From: an uncultured Chitinophaga sp.
GTDB taxonomy: Bacteria; Bacteroidota; Bacteroidia; 2-12-FULL-35-15
DNA length: 64,000 nt
NCBI GenBank assembly: GCA_964456225.1
Contig: CAYWAV010000005.1
Location: 5,160-69,159, forward strand
Direction of reading: 5' to 3'
The position numbers and the translations under genes are program-made. Shown here piece by piece: positions 50,265 to 58,771 of the stretch. Within the stretch, counting starts at the first letter, position 1, and each line of letters opens with the position of its first letter. Below the pieces are notes generated by a model, which saw only the letters and a list, made by a program, of their open reading frames with translations, ran no database searches and had not been told where the DNA came from.

Positions 50265-51317
50265 ATGATGGACAACAAAGTTCAACCAGCATCGGATTTC
50301 AATTCATTTAATGTATTATATTTTCTATACAGATGGCGTAAACAACTCATTATAGTTGGTGTAGCTGCATTTATTATTTCTTGTGTAGTAGCTCTTACAA
50401 TCAAAGAAAAGTATAAATCAACGGTTATTTTGTTTCCTGCTACAACAAACTCAATCTCAAAGGCCCTTTTGACAGAGAATAACGCAAAGCAAGAAGACGT
50501 TTTGCAGTTTGGTGAAGAAGAAGAGGCGGAGCAAATGCTTCAAATCCTTAATTCAGATGAAATTCGTTCCAAAGTTTGTGAGAAGTACAAGTTAATGGAA
50601 CACTATGGAATAGATTCAACTGACAAATTGAAACGTACGAAGCTATTTGATGAGTTTCAAAGCAATATAACTTTTAAGCGTACTGAGTACATGTCTGTAA
50701 AGATTGAAGTAATGGACAATGATCCTGAATTGGCAGCAGTTATAGCAAATGATATTGCTGCTTTACACGATTCAACAAAAATCAGAATCCAAAAAGACAG
50801 AGCAATGCGCTCATTGAAAATTGTTGAGCAGGAATATCTTCAGAAAGTACAGGATGTAAAAGCAGGTGTTGATTCTATGCAGGTTTTGAACAGCTATGGT
50901 ATTTACGATTATGAGTCTCAATCTGAAGTAACAACGGGACAATATGCTATTGCATTGGCAAAAGGAGATCAACGTGCCGTTAATTTATTGGAAGAAAAAC
51001 TTAAAATTATTGGGAAGTATAGTGGAGCTTATGTCTCTTTGAGAGAGAATCTTTACATGCAGCGTAAGCAGTTGAATTTACTAAAAACAAAGTATGAAGA
51101 AGTAAAAGTGGATGCAACAGAAGTGTTGCCTCAGAAATTTGTTGTTAGTAACGCATTTCCTGCAGAAAGAAAATCATATCCTGTTCGTTGGGTTATTGTT
51201 GTCGTTTCAACTTTCGCAACATTATTAGCGGCTATCATAGCCATTTTGCTGTTTGAAAACTTGCGACTAATTAGTAACGAGGTCAGAGGCAGTGCAAAAA
51301 CAACAACAACCGAATGA
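50265..51317 (+). CDS. Wzz-like polysaccharide chain-length determinant (co-polymerase) protein
   Basis: N-terminal TM, a long helical periplasmic region and a C-terminal TM (WVIVVVSTFATLLAAIIAILLF). Confidence 0.6.
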   Translation: MMDNKVQPASDFNSFNVLYFLYRWRKQLIIVGVAAFIISCVVALTIKEKYKSTVILFPATTNSISKALLTENNAKQEDVLQFGEEEEAEQMLQILNSDEIRSKVCEKYKLMEHYGIDSTDKLKRTKLFDEFQSNITFKRTEYMSVKIEVMDNDPELAAVIANDIAALHDSTKIRIQKDRAMRSLKIVEQEYLQKVQDVKAGVDSMQVLNSYGIYDYESQSEVTTGQYAIALAKGDQRAVNLLEEKLKIIGKYSGAYVSLRENLYMQRKQLNLLKTKYEEVKVDATEVLPQKFVVSNAFPAERKSYPVRWVIVVVSTFATLLAAIIAILLFENLRLISNEVRGSAKTTTTE

Positions 51318-51461
51318 ATACGGAAACCTGTTTTAACTCAAGAAGTAAATACAAAGAAAGCAGGAAATTTAATAATTGAAAAGGTAAATGATTTTAAAGA
51401 GAATATTTTAAAATCAACGATTTTTAAACAGGATATTGTAAAACCGACACTTAAAAATATA

Positions 51462-52403
51462 ATGTCAGAATACAGAGAAACTAGTTACAATTTTATCCAA
51501 CTGATAATAAAAAAGAAGATTCATTTTATTATCGTAACGTTAGTTGCAATAGTTGTTGCATCCTTGTTTTCAAGTGCATGGTTTATGAAACCAAGGTACA
51601 AGTCATTTGCGATTATATACCCTTCAAACATTACACCTTATAGCGAAGAAAGTGCATCAGAGCAATTGTTGCAATTGTTTGGTTCCTCCGACATTCGTAA
51701 TGCTGTAGTAAAGAAATTTAATTTGTATACGTTTTACAAAATCGATTCTGCTGATAAGTCGGCTAGTGTTAAGATGATGAACATGTATGAGTCAAGAGTG
51801 GAAGTTAGTCGAACACAATATGAATCGGTTGAGATATCGGTATCAGACGAAGATCCTAAAAGAGCAAGTGGAATGGTGGAAGAAATTATCCATGCGATGA
51901 ATTTAAAAGCAAGAGAACTGCAAAGAGAAAAAACAAAAGAGGTTGAGGTCGTGATTAAAAATCAGCTGGATCTGAAAAAGCGCAACGTTGATTCTGTTGA
52001 TGCCCGCTTGCATGAACTACGTGTGAAATATCAATTGTTTGATTACGATATGCAGGTAAAAGAGGTAACAAAGAGTTACTTGAAAGCAATAGCAGCAGGT
52101 GGAAAAAATTTAAAAGAGATTGATACAATGATGCGTAATCTCGAAGAAAAAGGGGGGGAATATTTTCAGTTACAAAAAACATTAAAAGTATTGCTCGAAA
52201 GTTACAATGCTACAAAACTGGAATACGATGTGGTAATCAAAGATTTAAATAAAGAGCTTACCTACGCAAATGTTATTACAAAGCCGGCACCGTCCTATGT
52301 CAAAGCTTATCCTGTTCGTTGGTTAATAGTGTTGGCTTCTGTTGCTTCATCCAATTTATTGCTTTTTATTTTATTTATCGTTTTAGATAATAGAAAAAAA
52401 TAA
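51462..52403 (+). CDS. Wzz-like chain-length determinant protein (tandem paralog)
   Basis: Same N-TM / coiled-coil / C-TM topology, with a shared YPVRW motif near the C-terminal TM. Confidence 0.6.
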   Translation: MSEYRETSYNFIQLIIKKKIHFIIVTLVAIVVASLFSSAWFMKPRYKSFAIIYPSNITPYSEESASEQLLQLFGSSDIRNAVVKKFNLYTFYKIDSADKSASVKMMNMYESRVEVSRTQYESVEISVSDEDPKRASGMVEEIIHAMNLKARELQREKTKEVEVVIKNQLDLKKRNVDSVDARLHELRVKYQLFDYDMQVKEVTKSYLKAIAAGGKNLKEIDTMMRNLEEKGGEYFQLQKTLKVLLESYNATKLEYDVVIKDLNKELTYANVITKPAPSYVKAYPVRWLIVLASVASSNLLLFILFIVLDNRKK

Positions 52404-52412
52404 TCATAACTC

Positions 52413-53852
52413 TTGTTAGAACAAAAAAATATAAAATGGGTTTACGCCTTAAGTATAGCATTTATACTTATTAATGCAGTATGCACATTTTTTGAATTTT
52501 ACTATTTTAATCTTATTCCTGCCGTTATACTTGTTCTTTTATTAGCACTATTTTCTTTAGATAAATTAATTTTATTTGTTGTTTTTCTTACGCCTCTTGC
52601 AATAAATATGCAAGATATTGATGGCGGTTTTGGTTTGAGTTTACCAACAGAACCAATTATTTTTGGTATAATGATGGTTTTTGTTTTCAAGCAATTGCAT
52701 AGTAATACTATGGAAGCAAAGCTAATGAGGCATCCTGTAACCATTGCTATCCTCATAAATTTAGCTTGGATATTTGTTACTTCAATTACAAGTGACTTGC
52801 CGGTTGTCTCCTTTAAATTTTTAATTGCCCGCTTGTGGTTTATAATAGCATTTTATTTTTTAGGAACGCAACTTTTCAAAAAATTCAACAACATTAAAGT
52901 TTTTACATGGTTATACATTATTTCTTTTTCCATCATCATTATTTATACATTATACAATCATGCTTTGGTGAATTTTGATGAAAAAATTGCAAATTATATC
53001 ATGTCACCATTCTATAACGATCATACGGTGTATGGGGCAATGTTGGCAATGTTTTTGCCGCTGTTGGTTTTTTATACCATGAATAAAAAATACAGCGGAA
53101 GCATCAAATTTGCTGCGTTTTTGTTTTTGATTCTATTCATTGTAGCACTAGTGTTTTCATATACACGTGCAGCGTGGGTGAGTTTGGTTATCGCACTATT
53201 GGCATACATCCTATTATTATTGAGAGTTCGATTCAGAACAATTTTAATTGCTTTTTTTGGACTTTGCCTCATTGCAATCGCATATCAGACAGAAATTGTA
53301 ATGAAGCTGGAAAAAAATCGACAAGATGCTTCTCAAGATTTTAATGAGCACATCGAGTCGATTTCAAATATTTCTACCGATGCATCTAACCTTGAACGTT
53401 TGAACAGGTGGAATGCAGCTTTTAGAATGTTTAAGGAGCGACCAGTTTTTGGTTGGGGACCGGGAACATATAGTTTTGAATATGCACCTTTTCAACATGC
53501 TCACGAGAAAACAATTATCTCCACCAATATGGGTGATAAAGGAAATGCTCATAGTGAGTACATCGGACCATTATGTGAGTCGGGTGTGCTGGGGGCTTTG
53601 ACTTTTATTTTTATTGTGATTGTTGTGCTTGCCACAGGTTTTAGATTATACTATACTGTAAAAGAAAATGAAGTCAAAAAAATGGTGCTCGTGATTTTGT
53701 TAGGATTTATAACCTACATTGTTCACGGTGGATTGAATAACTTCTTAGATACAGATAAGGCTTCTGTCCCTTTCTGGGGATTTGTTGCAGCACTTGTTGC
53801 AATTGATTTATACCATAAAAATGGTGTAGAGGAAGAAAAAATGGAAGGCTAG
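52413..53852 (+). CDS. O-antigen ligase/polymerase family protein (Wzy/WaaL-like)
   Basis: Polytopic membrane protein with the Wzy_C-like block FSYTRAAWVSLVIALLAY and periplasmic loop NRWNAAFRMFKERPVFGWGPG. Confidence 0.75.
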   Translation: MLEQKNIKWVYALSIAFILINAVCTFFEFYYFNLIPAVILVLLLALFSLDKLILFVVFLTPLAINMQDIDGGFGLSLPTEPIIFGIMMVFVFKQLHSNTMEAKLMRHPVTIAILINLAWIFVTSITSDLPVVSFKFLIARLWFIIAFYFLGTQLFKKFNNIKVFTWLYIISFSIIIIYTLYNHALVNFDEKIANYIMSPFYNDHTVYGAMLAMFLPLLVFYTMNKKYSGSIKFAAFLFLILFIVALVFSYTRAAWVSLVIALLAYILLLLRVRFRTILIAFFGLCLIAIAYQTEIVMKLEKNRQDASQDFNEHIESISNISTDASNLERLNRWNAAFRMFKERPVFGWGPGTYSFEYAPFQHAHEKTIISTNMGDKGNAHSEYIGPLCESGVLGALTFIFIVIVVLATGFRLYYTVKENEVKKMVLVILLGFITYIVHGGLNNFLDTDKASVPFWGFVAALVAIDLYHKNGVEEEKMEG

Positions 53853-55075
53853 AAAATTTTAATACTAAACAAAGCGATATCATCAATGTATGGACGGCTT
53901 TGTTTATAATTCATCACCGTTTCCATAATTTTAACATTCAACTCCATCATATTCAATTTCGGATGGGTTTTTACAAGTTCTTTTAAAGAATCAATTCCAA
54001 AATCTTCTCCTTTATCGTTTTCCAATTCGGTTAAGCCATCCGTATAGCATACAATAGTTGTCCCCGGAGAAATGTTTACAATCCCTTCTTTTATTTTATC
54101 AATTTCATCAAACATTCCCAATCCTGTACAACCTATTTTTAATGTACTCACTGAATTGCCGGATGCCATTAACGGTGGATTGTGAGCGGCATTTACGTAG
54201 GTAAGTGTTCTGGTAACCAAATTGTATTTTGCTATAAAAAGAGTAATGAATTTTTCTCCTTTTGCATTGGCCATTACTTTTGCATTCAATTCTTTTACTA
54301 ATTCAGTAAGTGAAGAAGTGTGATTGAACAAAACACGAAGATTTGCCTGAAAATTCGACATTAATAAAGCTGCTGCAACTCCTTTTCCCGAAACATCAGC
54401 AACACAAAATGCACATTCATTTTCGTTCAGCCACATAAAATCATAATAGTCGCCACCCACTTGTTGATGCGGTAAATAGAATGCTGCCGTATCAATATTT
54501 TTATCTCGAGGCAATGAACTCGGGAAGAGCATGGATTGCATTTCGGAAGCCAATTCCAACTCTTTACGCATCGCAGCCTGACGAATGGTGTCTCGAGCTA
54601 ATTTTTTATTTTCTATCGCTACCACAATGATGCTAGTAAGCGTTTGAACGAAAGGTAAATGTTTGATTGCCGGACTAACTTCTACTTTGTCTTCCAAATC
54701 GCCAATCAATACATAAGCCAATGGATGTGATTTATGAAATACAGGAATTACAATTTCAAATGCTTTGCTTAATCTTTTTTGTGAAAAATTAATGGTTCCA
54801 ATTTCTGTGATAGATAAAAGATCGCGTTCTACATTAATATCATTGTATTCGTCTCCAACTCCATATTTTAAAATACATTTCCATGTATCGTTCTCATTGC
54901 TGAAGAGCACAAGTTTCCCAATGTTCAATTGCTTTTCTAAAACTTCTTCAAAAATTTCAAGGAGTTGCTCTGTAGAAAAGTTATTGTTAATCGCTTTAGT
55001 GATTTCCAACAACGAATTAAGTTTGATATCCTTAACTCTTTTCGAAAGATTTTTATTTGTTGGAGTGATTGACAT
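53849..55075 (-). CDS. GAF-domain / SpoIIE-type PP2C serine phosphatase (RsbU-like)
   Basis: N-terminal GAF-like region followed by a PP2C block (GGDYYDF..CVADVSGKGVAAALLMS..YTDGLTE). Confidence 0.8.
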   Translation of the reverse strand: MSITPTNKNLSKRVKDIKLNSLLEITKAINNNFSTEQLLEIFEEVLEKQLNIGKLVLFSNENDTWKCILKYGVGDEYNDINVERDLLSITEIGTINFSQKRLSKAFEIVIPVFHKSHPLAYVLIGDLEDKVEVSPAIKHLPFVQTLTSIIVVAIENKKLARDTIRQAAMRKELELASEMQSMLFPSSLPRDKNIDTAAFYLPHQQVGGDYYDFMWLNENECAFCVADVSGKGVAAALLMSNFQANLRVLFNHTSSLTELVKELNAKVMANAKGEKFITLFIAKYNLVTRTLTYVNAAHNPPLMASGNSVSTLKIGCTGLGMFDEIDKIKEGIVNISPGTTIVCYTDGLTELENDKGEDFGIDSLKELVKTHPKLNMMELNVKIMETVMNYKQSRPYIDDIALFSIKIF

Positions 55076-55184
55076 AAATTGTTTTTACAAAAGCAAATTT
55101 ATAGTAATTAAGCGGTGTTGATGATAAATTTAGACAAAAAAAGGATACGCTACGATGTAAGCATAAAATGCTTCCCATTAAAAA

Positions 55185-55269
55185 CTGTCATGCCGTGCTA
55201 CGACACCGCATCGAATCAATGTTAGCAGTTTTTAACCAGCGGATCCCGTGTCGAAGCAGGGCATGACAG
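55185..55269. repeat. Small inverted-repeat element (22-bp imperfect arms, 41-nt spacer)
   Basis: CTGTCATGCCGTGCTACGACAC ... GTGTCGAAGCAGGGCATGACAG, 20 of 22 positions complementary. The GTCATgCCGTGCTA core recurs at 60362-60375. Confidence 0.45.
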
Positions 55270-55282
55270 TTAATAATAATTG

Positions 55283-56218
55283 TCATTCTTTTGCTATCTT
55301 CTTTATCAAATCAGGCAGCATTTTTAAAGCGGCTACTTCTTTCATTTTCGCTCGTGCTTCACCTGCCGGAGAACCAAAGTATGTTTTGCCTGCAGGAAGG
55401 TCTTCTCCCAAGCCTGATTGACCAAGTAATACAGAGCCTTTTCCTAATTTAACATCACTACGAACTCCCGATTGTCCCCATAATGTTACTCCGTCTTCAA
55501 GTACAACTACACCAGCAACAGCAACATGAGCTGCGATGAGGCACATCTTTCCAATATGTGTATCGTGTGCAATTTGCACATGATTATCGATTTTAGTTCC
55601 TGCACCAATTATTGTATCTCCCGAAACACCTTTGTCGATAGCACACACAGCGCCAATCTCTACATTGTCTTCAATGATTACGCGTCCACAACAAATCATT
55701 TTATCAAAAAAATCTGCACGTTTTTTATAATAAAATCCATCGGCTCCAATCACCGTATTGGCATGAATTATAACATTGTTACCTAAGTGGCAATTGTCGT
55801 AAATCACCACATTTGGATGAATCACACAGTTTTCGCCAATGGTTACATTGTTGCCCAAATAAACACCTGGCATAAGGATACTGGTTTTACCCACTTTGGC
55901 CGTTTCTGCAATTTGTTTATTCGAATAGCTGATGGGCTGAAAATGAAGTACCAGTTTATTGTAATCTCTGAATGGATTATCTGATATTAATAATGCTTTG
56001 CCTTCTGGACAAGCTACTTTTTTGTCGATAAGGATAGTGGTTGCTTTTGATAATAAAGCTTTGTCGTAGTATTTTGGATGATCTACAAAAACAATATCAC
56101 CGCTCTCCACCATGTGAATTTCGTTAAGACCAGTAATAATGTGATCAGGGTCTCCTTCAAATTCGCAAGGAATCAATGCGGCTATGTCTTTTAACTTGTA
56201 TGCTGATGGTAGTTTCAT
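55283..56218 (-). CDS. lpxD: UDP-3-O-acylglucosamine N-acyltransferase
   Basis: Typical LpxD N-terminal domain followed by left-handed beta-helix hexapeptide repeats. Confidence 0.85.
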   Translation of the reverse strand: MKLPSAYKLKDIAALIPCEFEGDPDHIITGLNEIHMVESGDIVFVDHPKYYDKALLSKATTILIDKKVACPEGKALLISDNPFRDYNKLVLHFQPISYSNKQIAETAKVGKTSILMPGVYLGNNVTIGENCVIHPNVVIYDNCHLGNNVIIHANTVIGADGFYYKKRADFFDKMICCGRVIIEDNVEIGAVCAIDKGVSGDTIIGAGTKIDNHVQIAHDTHIGKMCLIAAHVAVAGVVVLEDGVTLWGQSGVRSDVKLGKGSVLLGQSGLGEDLPAGKTYFGSPAGEARAKMKEVAALKMLPDLIKKIAKE

Positions 56219-56509
56219 TTTTTTTGATTGTATAACTCAAATATAATAATTATTTGTGATTGCTGGCGGTATGGTTCATATAAACTATGAGGAATAGGAG
56301 CGCAGGCGCACAATGATTTTTGTGATTAAAAATGACACAATAGAACGCAGATTCTCATAATCAAAAGGACTTTTTCTGTGTGTTTTGATTTTTTTTTAGG
56401 ATTTAATTGCCTTTGGCAATTGGATCGGGTAATTCATTATTTAATAATATTCAAGAGTTGAGAAGGAAAAAAGAAAATGGAGTGAGAATATTATTCTTGC
56501 GAAGCTATT

Positions 56510-56545
56510 CCCCTCTCCTTTGGAGAGGGGTTAGGGGAGAGGTCA
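56510..56545. repeat. GC-rich hairpin repeat (CCCCTCTCC-ttt-GGAGAGGGG + TTAGGGGAGAGG) downstream of efp
   Basis: Perfect 9-bp stem. It belongs to the PLSFGEGLGVR-type intergenic repeat common in Bacteroidetes, and a second copy lies at 61801-61840. Confidence 0.5.
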
Positions 56546-56549
56546 GAGG

Positions 56550-57110
56550 TTATTTCACACGCTCTACATAAGAATTTGTACGAGTATCAATTTTAATTTT
56601 TTCGCCTTCATTTACAAATAAAGGAACGTTAACTACTGCACCTGTTTCCATAGTAGCAGGTTTTAATGTATTAGTTGCCGTATCACCTTTTACGCCCGGT
56701 TCAGCATAAGTAATCATTAATTCAACAAACACTGGTGCTTCTGCAAGAATGGGATCTTCACCTTCAAAAGTAACTTTAATTTCCATTCCTTCTTTTAAGA
56801 ATTTAATGGAATCACCCAATAAAAATGCAGCAATGTGTATTTGTTCGTAAGTGGCATTGTCCATTACCACAATAAATTCTCCTTCCGGATAAATAAATTG
56901 CATTTGTTTAAATTCCACACGAACCACTTCAACTGCTTCACCTGCGCGGAAACGGTTTTCCACAATTTTCCCGTTTTTTAAGTTGCGCATACGAGCTTGG
57001 TAAAATGCACGTAAATTTCCGGGTGTACGGTGTTGGTATTCTTCTATTCTACAAAGTTCTCCGTTAAAACGGATTACTGAACCTACGTTGATGTCGCCTG
57101 AATTTGCCAT
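56550..57110 (-). CDS. efp: Elongation factor P
   Basis: Full-length EF-P (MANSGDINVGSVIRFNGE...). Confidence 0.95.
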   Translation of the reverse strand: MANSGDINVGSVIRFNGELCRIEEYQHRTPGNLRAFYQARMRNLKNGKIVENRFRAGEAVEVVRVEFKQMQFIYPEGEFIVVMDNATYEQIHIAAFLLGDSIKFLKEGMEIKVTFEGEDPILAEAPVFVELMITYAEPGVKGDTATNTLKPATMETGAVVNVPLFVNEGEKIKIDTRTNSYVERVK

Positions 57111-57133
57111 TTTTATTTAATTGAAATATTGTT

Positions 57134-57153
57134 CCGAAGGAACCCCTTCGGGG
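57134..57153. terminator. GC hairpin (CCGAAGG-aacc-CCTTCGG) downstream of the ABC ATPase gene
   Basis: 7-bp stem with a weak A/T tract. Could be a terminator or a 5'UTR structure of efp. Confidence 0.3.
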
Positions 57154-57244
57154 TAAGATTGATAAATTAGTTTAATGCTTTTAAAATTGCTTGACAAATA
57201 TAGGGTTTATGGGCTTAAAAGCAAATAATGAATTTAGAAATAAA

Positions 57245-57883
57245 CTACTTATAATCTTCTATTTGCAGTTGCTTATTACAAAAAGGATATTCAGACTCTT
57301 GTTGGTTGGAAGCTACAATGATTAAACGGCTTTTTGAATGCTCAGTCACTAATTTTTGATACCAATCAATTGCTTTTTTATCCAAATTGGAAGTAGGTTC
57401 ATCCAATAATAGAAGAGGAGTATCCGCTAGAATAGCCAATGCCAAACGCAATCGTTGTTTCATTCCAGATGAATAATATTTTAATTGTTTGTCTTTTGAT
57501 TTTTCTAAACCTGTTAACTCAATAATTTGTTGAGTGTTAAGTCCAGATTGAAAATGTTTGAATTTTGATTGAAATTCAATGGATTCAGTCAGTGTGAATT
57601 CCTCAAACAAATCGAGGTAAGGAGCGCAAAAACTTAAATGAGTAAAAATATTTTCAACATCAACACTGTTTTCTTCTTTTGACTTTTGACTTTTGACTTT
57701 GTACTTTATGTCCCCTTCCGAGTTCATTAGGTTTCCTGCAATTACTTGTAAAAGGGTTGATTTTCCGGAACCATTTGAGCCTAAAATAACATAGTTGTTT
57801 TCTGAAGTAAATTCGTAATTAATCTTACGAAAAATCCATTCGTAATTGTAACGTTTGCCTATGTTGTTTAAAGAAATAGTCAA
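57245..57883 (-). CDS. Stand-alone ABC transporter ATP-binding protein with degenerate H-loop
   Basis: Walker A GSNGSGKST, signature YSSGMKQRL, Walker B LLLLDEPT and D-loop SNLD. The H-loop position reads IIVASNQ with no His. An internal insert KYKVKSQKSKEENS is encoded by heptamer repeats at 57675-57705. Confidence 0.8.
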   Translation of the reverse strand: MTISLNNIGKRYNYEWIFRKINYEFTSENNYVILGSNGSGKSTLLQVIAGNLMNSEGDIKYKVKSQKSKEENSVDVENIFTHLSFCAPYLDLFEEFTLTESIEFQSKFKHFQSGLNTQQIIELTGLEKSKDKQLKYYSSGMKQRLRLALAILADTPLLLLDEPTSNLDKKAIDWYQKLVTEHSKSRLIIVASNQQESEYPFCNKQLQIEDYK

Positions 57884-57922
57884 TTAAGTTAATTAGGTTA
57901 TGAGGTTTTTGCAACTCCTTTA

Positions 57923-57995
57923 TTCTCGACTCCGCTCGAATTGACAGGTATTTAAAATTCGAACAGAAACTTTGAACTTTCAAACTTTGAACTTT
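57923..57995. repeat. Intergenic repeat fragment plus two tandem 14-bp direct repeats
   Basis: TTCTCGACTCCGCTCGAATTGACAGG matches 60455-60480 at 24 of 26 positions. AAACTTTGAACTTT occurs twice at 57967-57995. Confidence 0.4.
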
Positions 57996-57996
57996 T

Positions 57997-58770
57997 CTAG
58001 GAAATCCCCCGCATAATTCCATCTTTCGATTCGTTGATGAAAGTTACAATCTGAGTTTTTTCAGGAGATGCCGGAGCTTCTTGTTCTATTACTGCCAAAG
58101 CATTGGTAACATTGTGTCCTTTTACATAAAGTGTACGGTAAATATCTTCAACAGCTAAAACAGTTTCATTAGAAAAACCTCTTCTGCGCATACCAACCGA
58201 ATTGATTCCAACATATTGCAATGGTTCACGAGCGGCTTTTGTATAAGGAGGAACATTTTTACGAACCAATGAACCACCAGTAATGAAAGCATGCGCTCCT
58301 ATTCGAACAAACTGCTGAACAGCCGCTAATCCTTCCAAAATAACCCAATCTTCGATGGTTACGTGCCCCGCAAGGTTCACACTGTTTGCGATAATGATGT
58401 TGTTTCCTAAAATACAATCGTGTGCAACGTGAACATAAGCCATTAATAAACAATTGTTGCCAATTGCTGTTTTCATTTTATCCGTTGTTCCTCTGTTGAT
58501 GGTGCAACATTCGCGAATAGTAGTGTTATCCCCTATTTCGGTTGTTGTGTCCTCCCCATTAAATTTAAGATCTTGTGGAATAGCAGAAATAACTGCTCCC
58601 GGGAAAATGCGACAGTTTTTACCGATGCGTGCTCCAGCGAAAATGGTTACGTTTGGACCAATCCAAGTTCCATCACCAATTTCAACATTTTCATCAATGA
58701 ATGAGAAAGGAGAAATAACTACGTCTTTTCCGATTTTTGCTTTAGGGTCAATGTGACTTAAGTTGCTCAT
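57997..58770 (-). CDS. lpxA: Acyl-ACP--UDP-GlcNAc O-acyltransferase
   Basis: Hexapeptide-repeat LpxA of typical length with the C-terminal helical domain. Confidence 0.9.
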   Translation of the reverse strand: MSNLSHIDPKAKIGKDVVISPFSFIDENVEIGDGTWIGPNVTIFAGARIGKNCRIFPGAVISAIPQDLKFNGEDTTTEIGDNTTIRECCTINRGTTDKMKTAIGNNCLLMAYVHVAHDCILGNNIIIANSVNLAGHVTIEDWVILEGLAAVQQFVRIGAHAFITGGSLVRKNVPPYTKAAREPLQYVGINSVGMRRRGFSNETVLAVEDIYRTLYVKGHNVTNALAVIEQEAPASPEKTQIVTFINESKDGIMRGIS

Positions 58771-58771
58771 A

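Noticed and set aside
57967-57995. Tandem 14-bp direct repeats, considered as a possible CRISPR array
   Set aside because: There are only two adjacent copies with a 1-nt spacer and no cas genes. This is not a CRISPR array.
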